DNA from: Candidatus Latescibacterota bacterium
Lineage (GTDB): Bacteria > Latescibacterota > UBA2968 > GCA-2709665
DNA length: 64,000 nucleotides
Reading direction: 5' to 3'
Assembly (NCBI GenBank): GCA_965203805.1
Contig: OZ241917.1
Location: 2,688,001 to 2,752,000, forward strand
Below are positions 10,191 through 20,386 of this stretch, piece by piece. Below the pieces are notes generated by a model. The model saw nothing but the letters and a program-made list of their open reading frames with translations, made no database searches and was not told the DNA's origin. Every line of letters starts with the position of its first letter. Position 1 is the stretch's first letter. Made by a program: the position numbers and the translations under genes.

Positions 10191-12389
10191 CTATCGCTCC
10201 GTTCCCGGTTCGCCCCGCAGATGCCCGGCGAGAAGGTATCGATACAGCTTGAGCGCAAGCTCTTGTTCGTTCTCCTCCAGCTTGTCCAAAGCAACCGGCG
10301 TCAGCACCAGGGTTCGGCAGGGTTCGTCCGCAACGATCAGGGCCGCGGTCTGCCCGGGCGCGCCCGCCGGCCGGATCGAGTCACCCGGGCCGAGTTGAAA
10401 AAGGCGGGCGCCGGCGGAATCGTATCCGGAAGCCCTGCCGGAGAGCAGCAGTTGCAGACCGGATTTCGGCGCATCCGGTCCTGCGACGGCCTCGCCGGCA
10501 GAGTAATGACATTGGCCCAACCACCTCTGCAGTTCCTCCGTAAGGCTTTCGAAATCGATCTGACGCGCCAGGTAGCGCTCAAGGTCTTCCGCGGCGTGTT
10601 CCAGCAGAGAGGCGCGCCGTACCTCGGTCCTGTCGGCCTCCGCCTTCCAGGCCGACAGGAGGATCTCCTCCCCACGTTCGAGTGCGCGGTCCGCATCCGG
10701 CTCCACCAGCAATCCCGCATATACGGCAGGCGGAAGGTTATGTTCCAGCCCGGTCTGCAAACCCGCGGATAATCCGCTGAGTACAACCCGTACCCCGGCC
10801 GCGTTTGCCGTCTGCAGAAACCTGCTCAGGACGTTTACCGCCGAATAGTCGTAACCCGAAACGGCGCTGAAATCCAGTATCAGACAAACGGGTCGCGAAT
10901 CGCCTTTCAGGGAATTCCTGAGATGGTCGACGAGAGGACATACGCTACCGAAGAAAATGTAGCCCCGCAGCCGGTAGGCCTGCGCCCGCCCCCCTTCTTC
11001 CATCAGGATGGCGCGATCGGGGACGGGACGGGACCTGTTACTCCTTCGTTCGCGCACGGCGAACTGCGATTCGATCGGGTCGACGCGGCTGAGGCGCACG
11101 GCGAAAAACACGAGTGTAGCGAGCATCCCGACGCCCACGCCCTCGGCCATTCCGAAAGACGTGATCACAACGAAAATCAGCAGAATGATGCCGTATTCAG
11201 TCCGTGGGAGCCGCCTGCGGCTTGCCACGAGACCCTGGTCCAGCAAGCCCGCGCCGGCAAAGACCAGGATTCCGCCGATGAGCGGCGCAGGAACAAGCTC
11301 CAGCATCGCGTCTCCAAGAAACAATGCCCCCCCGATCACGAGCGCGGCGACCACTCCGGTCAACCTTGTTGTGGCCCCGAGCAACTTGCTGCGCAGGGAG
11401 GCCGGCACGACAATCGTCGACACCGTGCCGCCGCCGAGACCGGCGACCATACTCGTGACGCCCGTCACCCGGAACTCCCGGTCCCAGTCCAACTCCTGAT
11501 TCACCGCCAGCTCCAGGCCGGCGAAATTCATCACCACCGCGATAAACGCAACCAGAACCAGCGTCAGCATGTGGGGGGTCTGTCGGACCATGGCGGACCA
11601 TTGCACGTTTGCCAGGTCGGCCGGGTACAGGGTGGGCCACAGGTTCCCGTCAGTCGTTCTGCTGAGCAGCAGGCCCTCCGCCCGCGCAGTCTCGCCCGAA
11701 ATCCCGAGGCTGGCGAGGGCATAATGGAACGCGACGACGAAAAGCGCGACGCTCACCGGCATGATCAGCGGGTTCGCCCAGCGCTTCATCGCGAAATAAA
11801 GCGCGACCCCATACACCGCGCCCGGGCTCCATTTCCAGAACGCGGACGGGCCGAAGAGCGCGGGAATCGCGTAGAAGTCCGGTTTGGATCCCATCAGCGA
11901 CATCGCGGCGAGGCATACGGCCCCACCGATTCCGGCCACGAATCCACCCGCCACCGGATAGGGGATGAAGCGCATCAGGTTTGCCAGCCGGAAGCGTCCG
12001 ATGACGAGGCAGCCCGCGCCGGTGACCACTGCGGTCAGGATGAGCGCGACCGATGTCGTGACGAAAAGCGCATGGCCCTCGGCATCCATCGTGGATCCGA
12101 CCGCAGCCATGACGACGACCAGGACTGGAGACAAACCCGCAATTGCTCCTCGGTAACCGCCCCCGAGGGCGATGAACAGACACGCGGCGAAATTCCCGAA
12201 GAGCACCAGCCCGATTCCCTGCGAGGAATAGGCCGCAAGAGGACCCGAGAATATAAAACTCGCGAAGGCGACCTGGGCAACCAGCAACCCCAGACCCGCC
12301 GTAAATCCGGCCGTCAGCGCCGGAACCGTCTTCACGGACCCCAAGTCGGCGCGCAGCTCGAATACGAGATCTCTGAGAAAGGAATTCAT
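10191..12389 (-). CDS. SulP-family anion permease with STAS and cNMP-binding domains
   Basis: Many TM helices, RFIPYPVAGGFVAGIG, STAS LRGYIFFGS...LILDFSAVSGYDYSA, C-terminal cNMP-like fold; start set at MNSFLRD. Confidence 0.88.
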   Translation of the reverse strand: MNSFLRDLVFELRADLGSVKTVPALTAGFTAGLGLLVAQVAFASFIFSGPLAAYSSQGIGLVLFGNFAACLFIALGGGYRGAIAGLSPVLVVVMAAVGSTMDAEGHALFVTTSVALILTAVVTGAGCLVIGRFRLANLMRFIPYPVAGGFVAGIGGAVCLAAMSLMGSKPDFYAIPALFGPSAFWKWSPGAVYGVALYFAMKRWANPLIMPVSVALFVVAFHYALASLGISGETARAEGLLLSRTTDGNLWPTLYPADLANVQWSAMVRQTPHMLTLVLVAFIAVVMNFAGLELAVNQELDWDREFRVTGVTSMVAGLGGGTVSTIVVPASLRSKLLGATTRLTGVVAALVIGGALFLGDAMLELVPAPLIGGILVFAGAGLLDQGLVASRRRLPRTEYGIILLIFVVITSFGMAEGVGVGMLATLVFFAVRLSRVDPIESQFAVRERRSNRSRPVPDRAILMEEGGRAQAYRLRGYIFFGSVCPLVDHLRNSLKGDSRPVCLILDFSAVSGYDYSAVNVLSRFLQTANAAGVRVVLSGLSAGLQTGLEHNLPPAVYAGLLVEPDADRALERGEEILLSAWKAEADRTEVRRASLLEHAAEDLERYLARQIDFESLTEELQRWLGQCHYSAGEAVAGPDAPKSGLQLLLSGRASGYDSAGARLFQLGPGDSIRPAGAPGQTAALIVADEPCRTLVLTPVALDKLEENEQELALKLYRYLLAGHLRGEPGTER

Positions 12390-12404
12390 CGTCAATCGTC
12401 CAGA

Positions 12405-12448
12405 GGCAGCCTGACGGCTTCGCCAGTCTGCGACGATCGGTAAGCGGC
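12405..12448 (-). repeat. Diverged duplicate of the 3' end of the oxidoreductase gene (other copy 14146-14189)
   Basis: 37/44 identity with a 17-bp identical core GTCTGCGACGATCGGTA; reads AAYRSSQTGEAVRLPLDD*. Confidence 0.8.
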
Positions 12449-12549
12449 AGTCATCCAGCGGGGTCAGGGTCGCGCGAAGGTAGAACGGGACCGGCAGGCG
12501 TGTCGCACCGCGAAATACTGCCAGATGCAGTACAATATTCAAATTGAAC

Positions 12550-12578
12550 TTGAATTTTGCACCGATTCTCCTTACCTT
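12550..12578 (+). promoter_or_regulatory. Putative sigma-70 promoter for the ATPase gene
   Basis: TTGAAT-17 bp-TACCTT, followed by AAGGAG RBS before GTG 12617. Confidence 0.4.
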
Positions 12579-12616
12579 GTCCGTAAGGCGCGCCCACTCA
12601 GATAAGGAGCGGAACC

Positions 12617-13774
12617 GTGTTCAACCGACAACTCGCCAACGAATTGGCCGCGACGGCAAGAGAGTTCCCCGTGGTTACAATCATCGGACCTCGGCAGGCG
12701 GGAAAAACCACGTTGGCGCGAATGCAATTCCCCCACCACGCGTATGCGAACCTTGAAGCGCCCGATATACGAATGCTCGCAAGAAGCGACCCGCACGCTT
12801 TCTTCTCGCATTTCTCGCCGCCCGTCATCATCGACGAGATTCAGCGTGTGCCCGAATTGCTCTCTACGATCCAGGTTCTGGCCGACAACAGCCGTAAGCG
12901 GGGGCAATATATCCTCACAGGCAGTCACCAGCTGGGCCTTCAGGAAGCCGTTGTCCAATCCCTGGCCGGACGCACCGCTCTCTTGCGTCTGCTGCCACTG
13001 TCGATCTCGGAACTCGGCGCAAACGGCATCACACACACGCGCGATGAATATATATATCAGGGTTTTATGCCACGCCTCTACAGCGAAAAAGTCAATCCCA
13101 CCCGCCTGTACAGAAGTTACTGTCAGACCTATATCGAGCGCGACATCAGACAGATGATCAACCTCAGGCGCCTGGCAGACTTCGAGAACTTTACGCGCCT
13201 GCTGGCCGGACGCGTCGGTCAGGTTTTGAATCTGAATTCTCTGTCTAACGACGTGGGTGTCTCAAGTACCACGCTAAAGGAATGGCTCTCCGTGCTCGAA
13301 GCGTCTTACACCGTATTCAGATTAAACCCTTATTTCGAGAACTTCGGAAAACGCATCATCAAATCGCCGAAAATCTATTTTACCGAAGTCGGGCTTGCGT
13401 CCTATTTGCTCGGCATTGAATCGCCCGCGCTTGTTACCCGTGACCCACTGATCGGTAATCTCTTTGAAAACCTGGTCGTGATCGAAGCGTTGAAAGCCAG
13501 GCTGAACGCGGGAAAAGAGCCGGAACTCTATTTCTACCGTGACAACAAAGGCAATGAAGTGGACCTGCTGTTCAGGAAGAACAGGCGTTTAGTCCCAATT
13601 GAGATCAAATCGGCAATGACGTTTCATCCGGAATTCACAAAAGGAATCGCGCGGTTTCGAAAAATCGCGTCAGACACGGCGGAAGGCTATGTCGTATACG
13701 CCGGGAATCTGACACCCGAACTGCCCCATGCGCGCGTATTGCACTTTACGGATGTGAAGAAAATCTTTCGATAG
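12617..13774 (+). CDS. AAA_14/DUF4143 ATP-binding protein with C-terminal PD-(D/E)XK-like domain
   Basis: GPRQAGKTT, IIDEIQRVP, ILTGS, KSPKIYF, FENLV, EVDLL..IEIK; lower GC than its neighbours. Confidence 0.9.
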   Translation: MFNRQLANELAATAREFPVVTIIGPRQAGKTTLARMQFPHHAYANLEAPDIRMLARSDPHAFFSHFSPPVIIDEIQRVPELLSTIQVLADNSRKRGQYILTGSHQLGLQEAVVQSLAGRTALLRLLPLSISELGANGITHTRDEYIYQGFMPRLYSEKVNPTRLYRSYCQTYIERDIRQMINLRRLADFENFTRLLAGRVGQVLNLNSLSNDVGVSSTTLKEWLSVLEASYTVFRLNPYFENFGKRIIKSPKIYFTEVGLASYLLGIESPALVTRDPLIGNLFENLVVIEALKARLNAGKEPELYFYRDNKGNEVDLLFRKNRRLVPIEIKSAMTFHPEFTKGIARFRKIASDTAEGYVVYAGNLTPELPHARVLHFTDVKKIFR

Positions 13775-13855
13775 TCGAAGCCGCCTGGACCGGAGCAAGT
13801 TCCCGGAGATATCTCACCCTGGTGTCCTGTCCCAAAAATACCTTACCATTCTTCC

Positions 13856-13890
13856 GCCTGCCTGCGCAGTGCCCTGCGCTGCAGGCAGGC
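13856..13890. repeat. REP-like palindrome GCCTGCCTGC...GCAGGCAGGC
   Basis: 10-bp inverted repeat; same arms at 34215-34249. Confidence 0.6.
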
Positions 13891-14099
13891 CGATTCATCC
13901 CGTCTGTCGACGTTGCTTGCACTGAGATTGCCGAAGTGGCTTGTCGAAGTGCCATCGCTCGCCGACCTGGCCAGGTCGCATGCGCTCTGGCGCTGGGTCC
14001 TGAGCCTGTCGAAGGATGCGAGCCGGCCGACTCGACGGCCGAATTCAGGCAACTTATTTCCGGGACAGAACACTCGCATCCGCACTGGCGCAAGCGTAC

Positions 14100-15173
14100 T
14101 CAGAAAGCCGACGTCATCCGGCCCCCGCCAGGCCCGGCGCCCGGCGGCAGCTTGATCGCCTCACCGGTCTGCGACGATCGGTATGCGGCCAGAGCGATCT
14201 CGACCGCGGCCCGGCCGTCTTCCCCTGTAACCGGAGGGGGGGTGTCGTTGACGATACAGTCGATAAAATCCCGCACCTCGTCGGCAAAGGCTTTCTGCCG
14301 TGGATCGTCCACCGCCGCGTGGTCGTACACGGTTTCCCATTTCGACGCGCCGTCGCGGGCGACTTTGACTTTATTGTAAGGGTCGACCTCCATCAGGCCT
14401 TTGTCGCCCACGAGTTCCGCGGCGCAACTGAAGCCCCTCCAGCCCGGTGGCGGAAGCGCTTCGGAGTAGATGAGGTGGGCGCTGCCGCCGTTCCGGAAGC
14501 CAATCATGACCATGTTGGACGTCACGTCGCCGGGCACCTCGGTTCGCAGCGAATAGGACCGCGCGAAAACATAGTCGGCTTCGCTTTCGAACCACCAGCG
14601 CAACCGGTCGATATTGTGGACGCCCCACCCGATGAGGCCGCCCGGACCGTAGAGATCCAGGTCCGTGAACCATGCCCGGTCGGGGTCGGGCTTGCGGTAC
14701 CCGGACGTGGCGAGGGTGTCCCGGCACATCAGAAGCCGGCCGATGGCGCCTTCCTCCAGCAGGCGTTTGGAAATCGCGTCGCCCTCCCAGTACCGGTGGC
14801 TCTGTGCAACCATGAGCTTCCGATTCATGCGCGCCGCCGTCTGAATGATGGCGTCGCACTTCTCCAGCGTGATTTCCAACGGTTTTTCCACGAGGACGTG
14901 CTTGCCGGCTTCAAGAGCGGCGATGGCGTGTCCGGCATGCATGGCGTGGGGCGTGGTTACGATAACGGCGTGGATATCGTCCCTGGAAACCAGAGATTCC
15001 ATGCTTTCCTCGTAGTCCAGGCCGTATTCGCCGGCGAGGGCGGGACCGACTCCGGGCAGCCGGGCGGGGTCGTTCACGGCGACGGCTTTTCCCTGCGCCA
15101 CGTCTCTCAGGGCGTCTATATGCGTACGCCCCATTTTTCCTGCGCCGACGATGCCCACGCGTACACTTTCCAT
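14100..15173 (-). CDS. Gfo/Idh/MocA family oxidoreductase
   Basis: VGIVGAGKMG, AGKHVLVEKP, GGLIGWGVHNID. Confidence 0.92.
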   Translation of the reverse strand: MESVRVGIVGAGKMGRTHIDALRDVAQGKAVAVNDPARLPGVGPALAGEYGLDYEESMESLVSRDDIHAVIVTTPHAMHAGHAIAALEAGKHVLVEKPLEITLEKCDAIIQTAARMNRKLMVAQSHRYWEGDAISKRLLEEGAIGRLLMCRDTLATSGYRKPDPDRAWFTDLDLYGPGGLIGWGVHNIDRLRWWFESEADYVFARSYSLRTEVPGDVTSNMVMIGFRNGGSAHLIYSEALPPPGWRGFSCAAELVGDKGLMEVDPYNKVKVARDGASKWETVYDHAAVDDPRQKAFADEVRDFIDCIVNDTPPPVTGEDGRAAVEIALAAYRSSQTGEAIKLPPGAGPGGGRMTSAF

Positions 15174-15219
15174 AGGGTCCTCTCAATCGTTGGAAGAGAC
15201 GGGAAGCGGCGGTTCCGCT

Positions 15220-16116
15220 TTACAGCAGGCGTTTGCGCTTGGCAAGATAATTGAACAGCACCGTATCGAAGGGCATGGCGGTATCAAGCAGCACGTAGTC
15301 GATGAGGCTTTCCCGGCATTCGAGACCGAATTGCCCGGTGAGGGCATCCATGCGGTCCCGGTAATCGGATGCGATATGCCAGGGTTCGGTGGTCACGGAA
15401 GCGCCGGATTCGAGGTCGACGAACCGGGTTTCGCGACCGAAGTCGAGATCCCGTTCCCTCGGGTCCAGTATGTGGAAGACGATGACTTCGTGCTTGCGGT
15501 GACGAAAGTGTTTCAGTCCGGAAAGCAATGAACGCGGGTCGTCCATCAGATCGGACAGAACCACGATGAGGCCGCGGCGAACAATGCGTTCGGCCAGGCT
15601 GTGGAAGGTCGTGGCCAGGTCCGTGTCTTCGCCCTTCGGGTCGGTATTCTGAAGCGTTTCGAGCAGGGCGGGCAGTTGGGTCCCCGCGGACCTTGGCGGC
15701 AGGTAGGATCGGATTCCGCGATCGAAGGACACCAGACCGACGGCGTCACGCTGTCGGAGCATCAGGTACGACAGCGCCGCCGCGGTATAGGTGGCGTACT
15801 GAAATTTCGTCACGGCGCTCGAGCCATAGGCCATTGACGCGCTGGCGTCCAGCAGGATGTAGGCCTTGAGGTTGGTTTCTTCTTCGAATTGTTTTACATA
15901 AAGTCTGTCGGTTTTGCCAAAGACCTTCCAGTCGACGTTTCGCGGCGGGTCGCCCGGTATATACTGACGATACTCGGAGAACTCAACCGAGAATCCGTGA
16001 TACGGACTCTGATGCAGGCCCGTGATGAAGCCCTCAACCACGAGGCGGGCGACCAGATCGAGGCCGGACAGGCGGGCGACAACTTCGGGCTGGAGATAGG
16101 TGCGGAATTCGGGCAT
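15220..16116 (-). CDS. DUF58 (VWA-like) MoxR-associated protein
   Basis: GFSVEFSEYRQYIPGD..VDWK, LDASASM, VVLSD. Confidence 0.92.
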   Translation of the reverse strand: MPEFRTYLQPEVVARLSGLDLVARLVVEGFITGLHQSPYHGFSVEFSEYRQYIPGDPPRNVDWKVFGKTDRLYVKQFEEETNLKAYILLDASASMAYGSSAVTKFQYATYTAAALSYLMLRQRDAVGLVSFDRGIRSYLPPRSAGTQLPALLETLQNTDPKGEDTDLATTFHSLAERIVRRGLIVVLSDLMDDPRSLLSGLKHFRHRKHEVIVFHILDPRERDLDFGRETRFVDLESGASVTTEPWHIASDYRDRMDALTGQFGLECRESLIDYVLLDTAMPFDTVLFNYLAKRKRLL

Positions 16117-16136
16117 GGGCGCTGGCGACTGCGGTA

Positions 16137-17132
16137 TCAGGTGGCTTCTTTCAGAAGGCGCTGCACGAGTTCGAGCGCCGTGACCCCCTCGGCCTCGGCA
16201 TTGAAACTGGTGACGATGCGATGGCGCAGAACCGGTACGGCGACGAATTTGACGTCGTCGATCGCAGCTGCGTACCGTCCTTCCAGGAGGGCGCGGGCTT
16301 TGGCGCCCAGAATAAGGAACTGAGAAGCCCGCGGCCCCGCGCCCCAGTTGACCATCCGGGTGACATAGTCCGGCGCGCCGTCCGCACCCGGCCGGGTCCT
16401 GCGGGCCAGGCCCACGGCGTAGTCAATGACATGGTCGGCCACCGGAACCTTTCGGATGAGTTGCTGGAGTTCGACGATTTCATGCGCGTCGAATACCGGT
16501 TCGATTTCCGCGGTGTAGGCGCTGGTGGTCGTGCGAACGATCTGTCTTTCTTCTTCTTCCGCGGGATAGTCGATCCAAAGATTGAAAATGAACCGGTCGA
16601 GCTGCGCTTCGGGAAGCGGATACGTGCCTTCCTGCTCGATCGGATTCTGCGTTGCCAGCACAAAAAAGGGCTCTTCCAGGCGAAACGTGTCGCCGCCGGC
16701 GGTCACCTCGTGCTCCTGCATGGCCTGGAGCAGTGCCGCCTGGGTCTTCGGAGGGGTGCGGTTGACCTCGTCCGCCAGAATGACGTTCGCAAAGAGGGGG
16801 CCCTTTACGAAGCGGAAGGCCTTGTGGCCGGTGCGTTGGTCTTCTTCCAGGACTTCCGTGCCGGTAATATCCGATGGCATCAGGTCCGGCGTGAATTGAA
16901 TTCGGCTGAAGCGGAGGTCGAGCGCTCTGGCAAGCGTGCTGATGAGGAGCGTCTTTGCGAGACCCGGAACCCCCACGAGCAGGCAATGACCGCCGCAAAG
17001 GAGCGCAATGAGCAATTGGTCCACAATCTCCGTCTGCCCCACGATGATCTTGCCGATTTCGTTCTTGATACGGGCGTGGGCGGTCTTCAGTCTTTCGACG
17101 GCTTCGAGATCATCGGTGGGCTGTTCCGGCAT
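16137..17132 (-). CDS. moxR: MoxR-family AAA+ ATPase
   Basis: GVPGLAKT, RIQFTPDLMPSDITG, LADEVNRTPPKTQAALL, ATQNPIEQEGTYPLPEAQLDRF. Confidence 0.95.
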   Translation of the reverse strand: MPEQPTDDLEAVERLKTAHARIKNEIGKIIVGQTEIVDQLLIALLCGGHCLLVGVPGLAKTLLISTLARALDLRFSRIQFTPDLMPSDITGTEVLEEDQRTGHKAFRFVKGPLFANVILADEVNRTPPKTQAALLQAMQEHEVTAGGDTFRLEEPFFVLATQNPIEQEGTYPLPEAQLDRFIFNLWIDYPAEEEERQIVRTTTSAYTAEIEPVFDAHEIVELQQLIRKVPVADHVIDYAVGLARRTRPGADGAPDYVTRMVNWGAGPRASQFLILGAKARALLEGRYAAAIDDVKFVAVPVLRHRIVTSFNAEAEGVTALELVQRLLKEAT

Positions 17133-17200
17133 GGTTGGGCATTCCTTCGCGGTGCGAATCCAAGCCTGGTCGCGGACGTTCCCGGATGTCGGGGGCGCGT

Positions 17201-18559
17201 TCAGGTCTTCCGTTTCTGTTTCTTTGCCGCCGGGAACAGGATGTTGTTCAAAATAAGGCGATACCCTGGCGAGTTCCGGCGCAGCGCGAGTTGGGTGGGC
17301 GGGTCTCCCACGTAGTGGCGATAGTCTTCCGGGTCGTGTCCGGCGTAGAAGGTAAACGTGCCGCGACCCACATTTCCGTGGATGTACTTCACCTGATCCG
17401 TACCGCTGACCTCGCCCATAATGGTGACGGACTTCTTGATCCGATTCCTGCGAAATGCCGTGGTCTGACCCAGAAATCCGCGAACAACAGGCACGTGGTT
17501 CTGGGTGAGCATGGCGGGCACGGGATCGAATTTGGCCGAGAATTCAAACAGGGTGAACGCGTCGGCGTCGGGGCCCACAGGCCGCGCGCCGGTGGTGGGC
17601 GAGACGTCGATATCCGCGTGCTCATATTCCATCGGGTCCGCGACCAGGGAAAAGTCCTCGAAGGCGACCGTCCTCGAAAAGTCCAGTCTGGACTGCGCCT
17701 GAGGGTGGGGCGGGTCGCCGTCGTACACGGTATCCACGATGTCGACACCGGTTGCGGCCAGGGCAATATCAAAGGTATCCGTTGCGGAACACATTGCAAA
17801 CATAAATCCCCCGTCGGAGATGTATGCCAGTATGGCGCGGGCAACCGCGCCTTTTTCCTCGGAAACCTTTTTAAATCCCAGGCGCGTGGCGAGGCTTTCG
17901 AACTGGGCCTGCTGGCGCCGGTACCAGAGTTCATGACCATGGCTTCGGTAGAACTTTCCGTACTGACCTGTGAAATCCTCGTGATGCAGATGCAGCCAGT
18001 CGTACTCGGCAAGCTTCCCCGCCAGCACTTCTTCGTCCCAGAGAACGTCGTACGGGATTTCGGCGTATGACAGGGCCAACGTGACGGCATCGTCCCAGGG
18101 CTGTTTGTTCGGCGGCGTATATACCGCGATTTTCGGCGCCTTCTCCAGGCGCACGGCATTCATGTTTCCCTGCTCGATCTCCGCGTAAATGCGTACGGCA
18201 TCGGCTCCGGAGATACGCTCGAAATCGACGTCACGCAGACGCGCTTCACCTGCGGCCGATTCGACATAGTCCAACAGGAAGGCGCCGCCCCGGTAGTTGA
18301 GCAGCCACTCCACCACGAAGTTCTGCTCAAGCGCCCAGTAGGCCAGACCGTAGGCCTTGAGGTGATTCGTCTGCCCGAGGTCCATGGGAACGAGCAGCTT
18401 GTTCGCTGCCGCATTCGAAGGGGCGCCCAACAGACACACACTCAGGACGAGAACTCGGACAATAGTGCCGGTGCTGGCGCCAGAATGGTTCCGTAAGCCC
18501 GATTCCCCGGGCGGAACCGCGTCATTCGTCTTTCGGTTCGTGCGTCCGTGAGGTTTCAC
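17201..18559 (-). CDS. Exported glutamine-amidotransferase-like hypothetical protein (family often annotated 'asparagine synthetase B')
   Basis: Signal-like segment, QTNHLKAYG, WLLNYRGG, WLHLHHEDFTGQYGKFY, AMCSATD, GHDPEDY. Confidence 0.75.
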   Translation of the reverse strand: MKPHGRTNRKTNDAVPPGESGLRNHSGASTGTIVRVLVLSVCLLGAPSNAAANKLLVPMDLGQTNHLKAYGLAYWALEQNFVVEWLLNYRGGAFLLDYVESAAGEARLRDVDFERISGADAVRIYAEIEQGNMNAVRLEKAPKIAVYTPPNKQPWDDAVTLALSYAEIPYDVLWDEEVLAGKLAEYDWLHLHHEDFTGQYGKFYRSHGHELWYRRQQAQFESLATRLGFKKVSEEKGAVARAILAYISDGGFMFAMCSATDTFDIALAATGVDIVDTVYDGDPPHPQAQSRLDFSRTVAFEDFSLVADPMEYEHADIDVSPTTGARPVGPDADAFTLFEFSAKFDPVPAMLTQNHVPVVRGFLGQTTAFRRNRIKKSVTIMGEVSGTDQVKYIHGNVGRGTFTFYAGHDPEDYRHYVGDPPTQLALRRNSPGYRLILNNILFPAAKKQKRKT

Positions 18560-20386
18560 CTATCCGGGCTCCTCGCGGGTGGTTTCCAGGGTCTTGATTT
18601 TCTCTCGAAGCGCTCGAACCCGTTCCCGGGCCTCCCCGGCCTCCAGGCTGTGCGGATATGCCGCCAGAACGGATTCGTATGCCTGTAAAGCGTCCTGGTA
18701 TTGCCCGAGCGTCCGCTCGTAGATCCTTCCCGCGGTCAGCATCGCCCCGGGACACAACGGACTCCAGGGGACGCTTGCGACCATGTGCCGGGACATCCGA
18801 ATGGCTTCGCTGTACCTGCCGAGGCTGTCCAGGAGCGTCATCTGTTTTGCAAGGGCACGGTCCAGAAGACCCGATTTCGGATGGGTTTCCACAAACCTGC
18901 GGAACGCTATCAGGGCCGATTCCGGCTTCTGCCTGCGAACGAGCCTGCACGCCGCGGCGTAGGTTCGAAGCACCCCGGCATCCTCGCGGTCGGCATGCTC
19001 GAGCAGAACCGAGAGCGCCAGCGCGTCGTTGTATGCGAATCGATCCGAATCGCCCGAAAGCACCGTGTCGATCATGGCCCGGGCGGCAACGATGTCGCCC
19101 TGCAGATAACGGCATTCGGCAATGAGGAAACGGGCCTGGACGGCGTCTTCCGTCCCCTGCTGTTCCCTGGCAACGCGAGCATACACCGATTCGGCATCGT
19201 CAAGCCGGTCCGCAATGACCATGATGTCCGCAATTTCGAAGAGGGCTCGATAACGCCAGGAAGTGCGCCTTTTCGAGCCGGCGACCGCGCGGAATGCATC
19301 CAGCGCAGCCGTGGCATCCCCATAGTCGCGGCGCAGGAGGCGCCCCAGCCGATACCCGGCCTCCTGGGCATGGAGGGTCCCGGGATAGCTGCCAATCAGG
19401 CCCCTGTACATAGCCGCAGCCGTGTCGACCCTCGCCAAACCCTCGTTGGCCCTACCCAGGCCCAGGAGTACGCCCGGCGGGCCCGCAGCGGTCTCGGAGC
19501 CCGCCAGGAGCATCCGATAGCCGGCGGCCGCCGTCTCGAACCGGCCGGCATAGAAAGCGTGGTTGGCGAGACGCAGAAGAAACGTCTCCTGTTTCGGATG
19601 AAGACGTGAAAACGTCGCGAAAACCCGCAGCGCCGGCTCCTCGCGACCTGCCGCAATGGCGTACTCCGTGAACAGCCTCAGAGAGATGTCGTCCCGCGGA
19701 TGCGCCCGAAGCTCCCGGCCCAGGGCGGCAAGAATCCGGTCGTGCCGGTCGCCCTCGCGCGCGTAACGCCTGAATCGTGCTTCGATCGACCCGACGGCAT
19801 GCGGCTGCTGACGAACGAAAACCAGGTACTCGGCGACAGCATCGGGATAGCGCGCGTGCCGCTCGGCGATTTCAGCCATCTCCCTTGCGAAAAGCAGCGG
19901 GTTGTCCAGAGTCTTGCGTCCCTGCCGGCACACGGACAGAGCCCGCGACGGAAGGTTGTGTTTCAGGAAACGCCGGGCAACCAGCGCAAAGGTGCCCTCG
20001 TCGGAAGCATCGGCGACGATACGTTCCCAGTGCGCAATGGCTCCCTTCAGATCGCCCGTTTCGGACTGGATGTCCGCCAGCCTGAGACGGACCGACCGGT
20101 CTTGCGGTCTCTCCCTTAGATGGGCCTCAAGAAGGCGTCCGGCTTCGACGCGGCGCCCGGTGCGGACGAGGATCGATTCAATACGCAGGAGAACGTCTGC
20201 GCGGTAGGGATACCGTTTCAGAAGCTTCCGGTAAAGCCGCAGTGCGCCCCTCAGGTCGCCTGATGCCTCCATCGCATTGGCCTGTCTCAGGGTTTCTCCG
20301 GGCGTGGCGGCGGGGAGATCCACCGGCGCGATCAGGAGAAACGCAGCGAGAACGGAAACAGTATGGGGTAAAATCCGCATTTTCAC
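18560..20386 (-). CDS. Exported tetratricopeptide-repeat protein
   Basis: Signal peptide; repeated A..Y..L...YP helical motifs. Confidence 0.85.
   Translation of the reverse strand: MKMRILPHTVSVLAAFLLIAPVDLPAATPGETLRQANAMEASGDLRGALRLYRKLLKRYPYRADVLLRIESILVRTGRRVEAGRLLEAHLRERPQDRSVRLRLADIQSETGDLKGAIAHWERIVADASDEGTFALVARRFLKHNLPSRALSVCRQGRKTLDNPLLFAREMAEIAERHARYPDAVAEYLVFVRQQPHAVGSIEARFRRYAREGDRHDRILAALGRELRAHPRDDISLRLFTEYAIAAGREEPALRVFATFSRLHPKQETFLLRLANHAFYAGRFETAAAGYRMLLAGSETAAGPPGVLLGLGRANEGLARVDTAAAMYRGLIGSYPGTLHAQEAGYRLGRLLRRDYGDATAALDAFRAVAGSKRRTSWRYRALFEIADIMVIADRLDDAESVYARVAREQQGTEDAVQARFLIAECRYLQGDIVAARAMIDTVLSGDSDRFAYNDALALSVLLEHADREDAGVLRTYAAACRLVRRQKPESALIAFRRFVETHPKSGLLDRALAKQMTLLDSLGRYSEAIRMSRHMVASVPWSPLCPGAMLTAGRIYERTLGQYQDALQAYESVLAAYPHSLEAGEARERVRALREKIKTLETTREEPG

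Noticed and set aside
10923-17315. Long plus-strand ORFs (506, 412, 364 aa)
   Set aside because: Antisense to clearly recognisable genes; expected in GC-rich DNA and lacking motifs.
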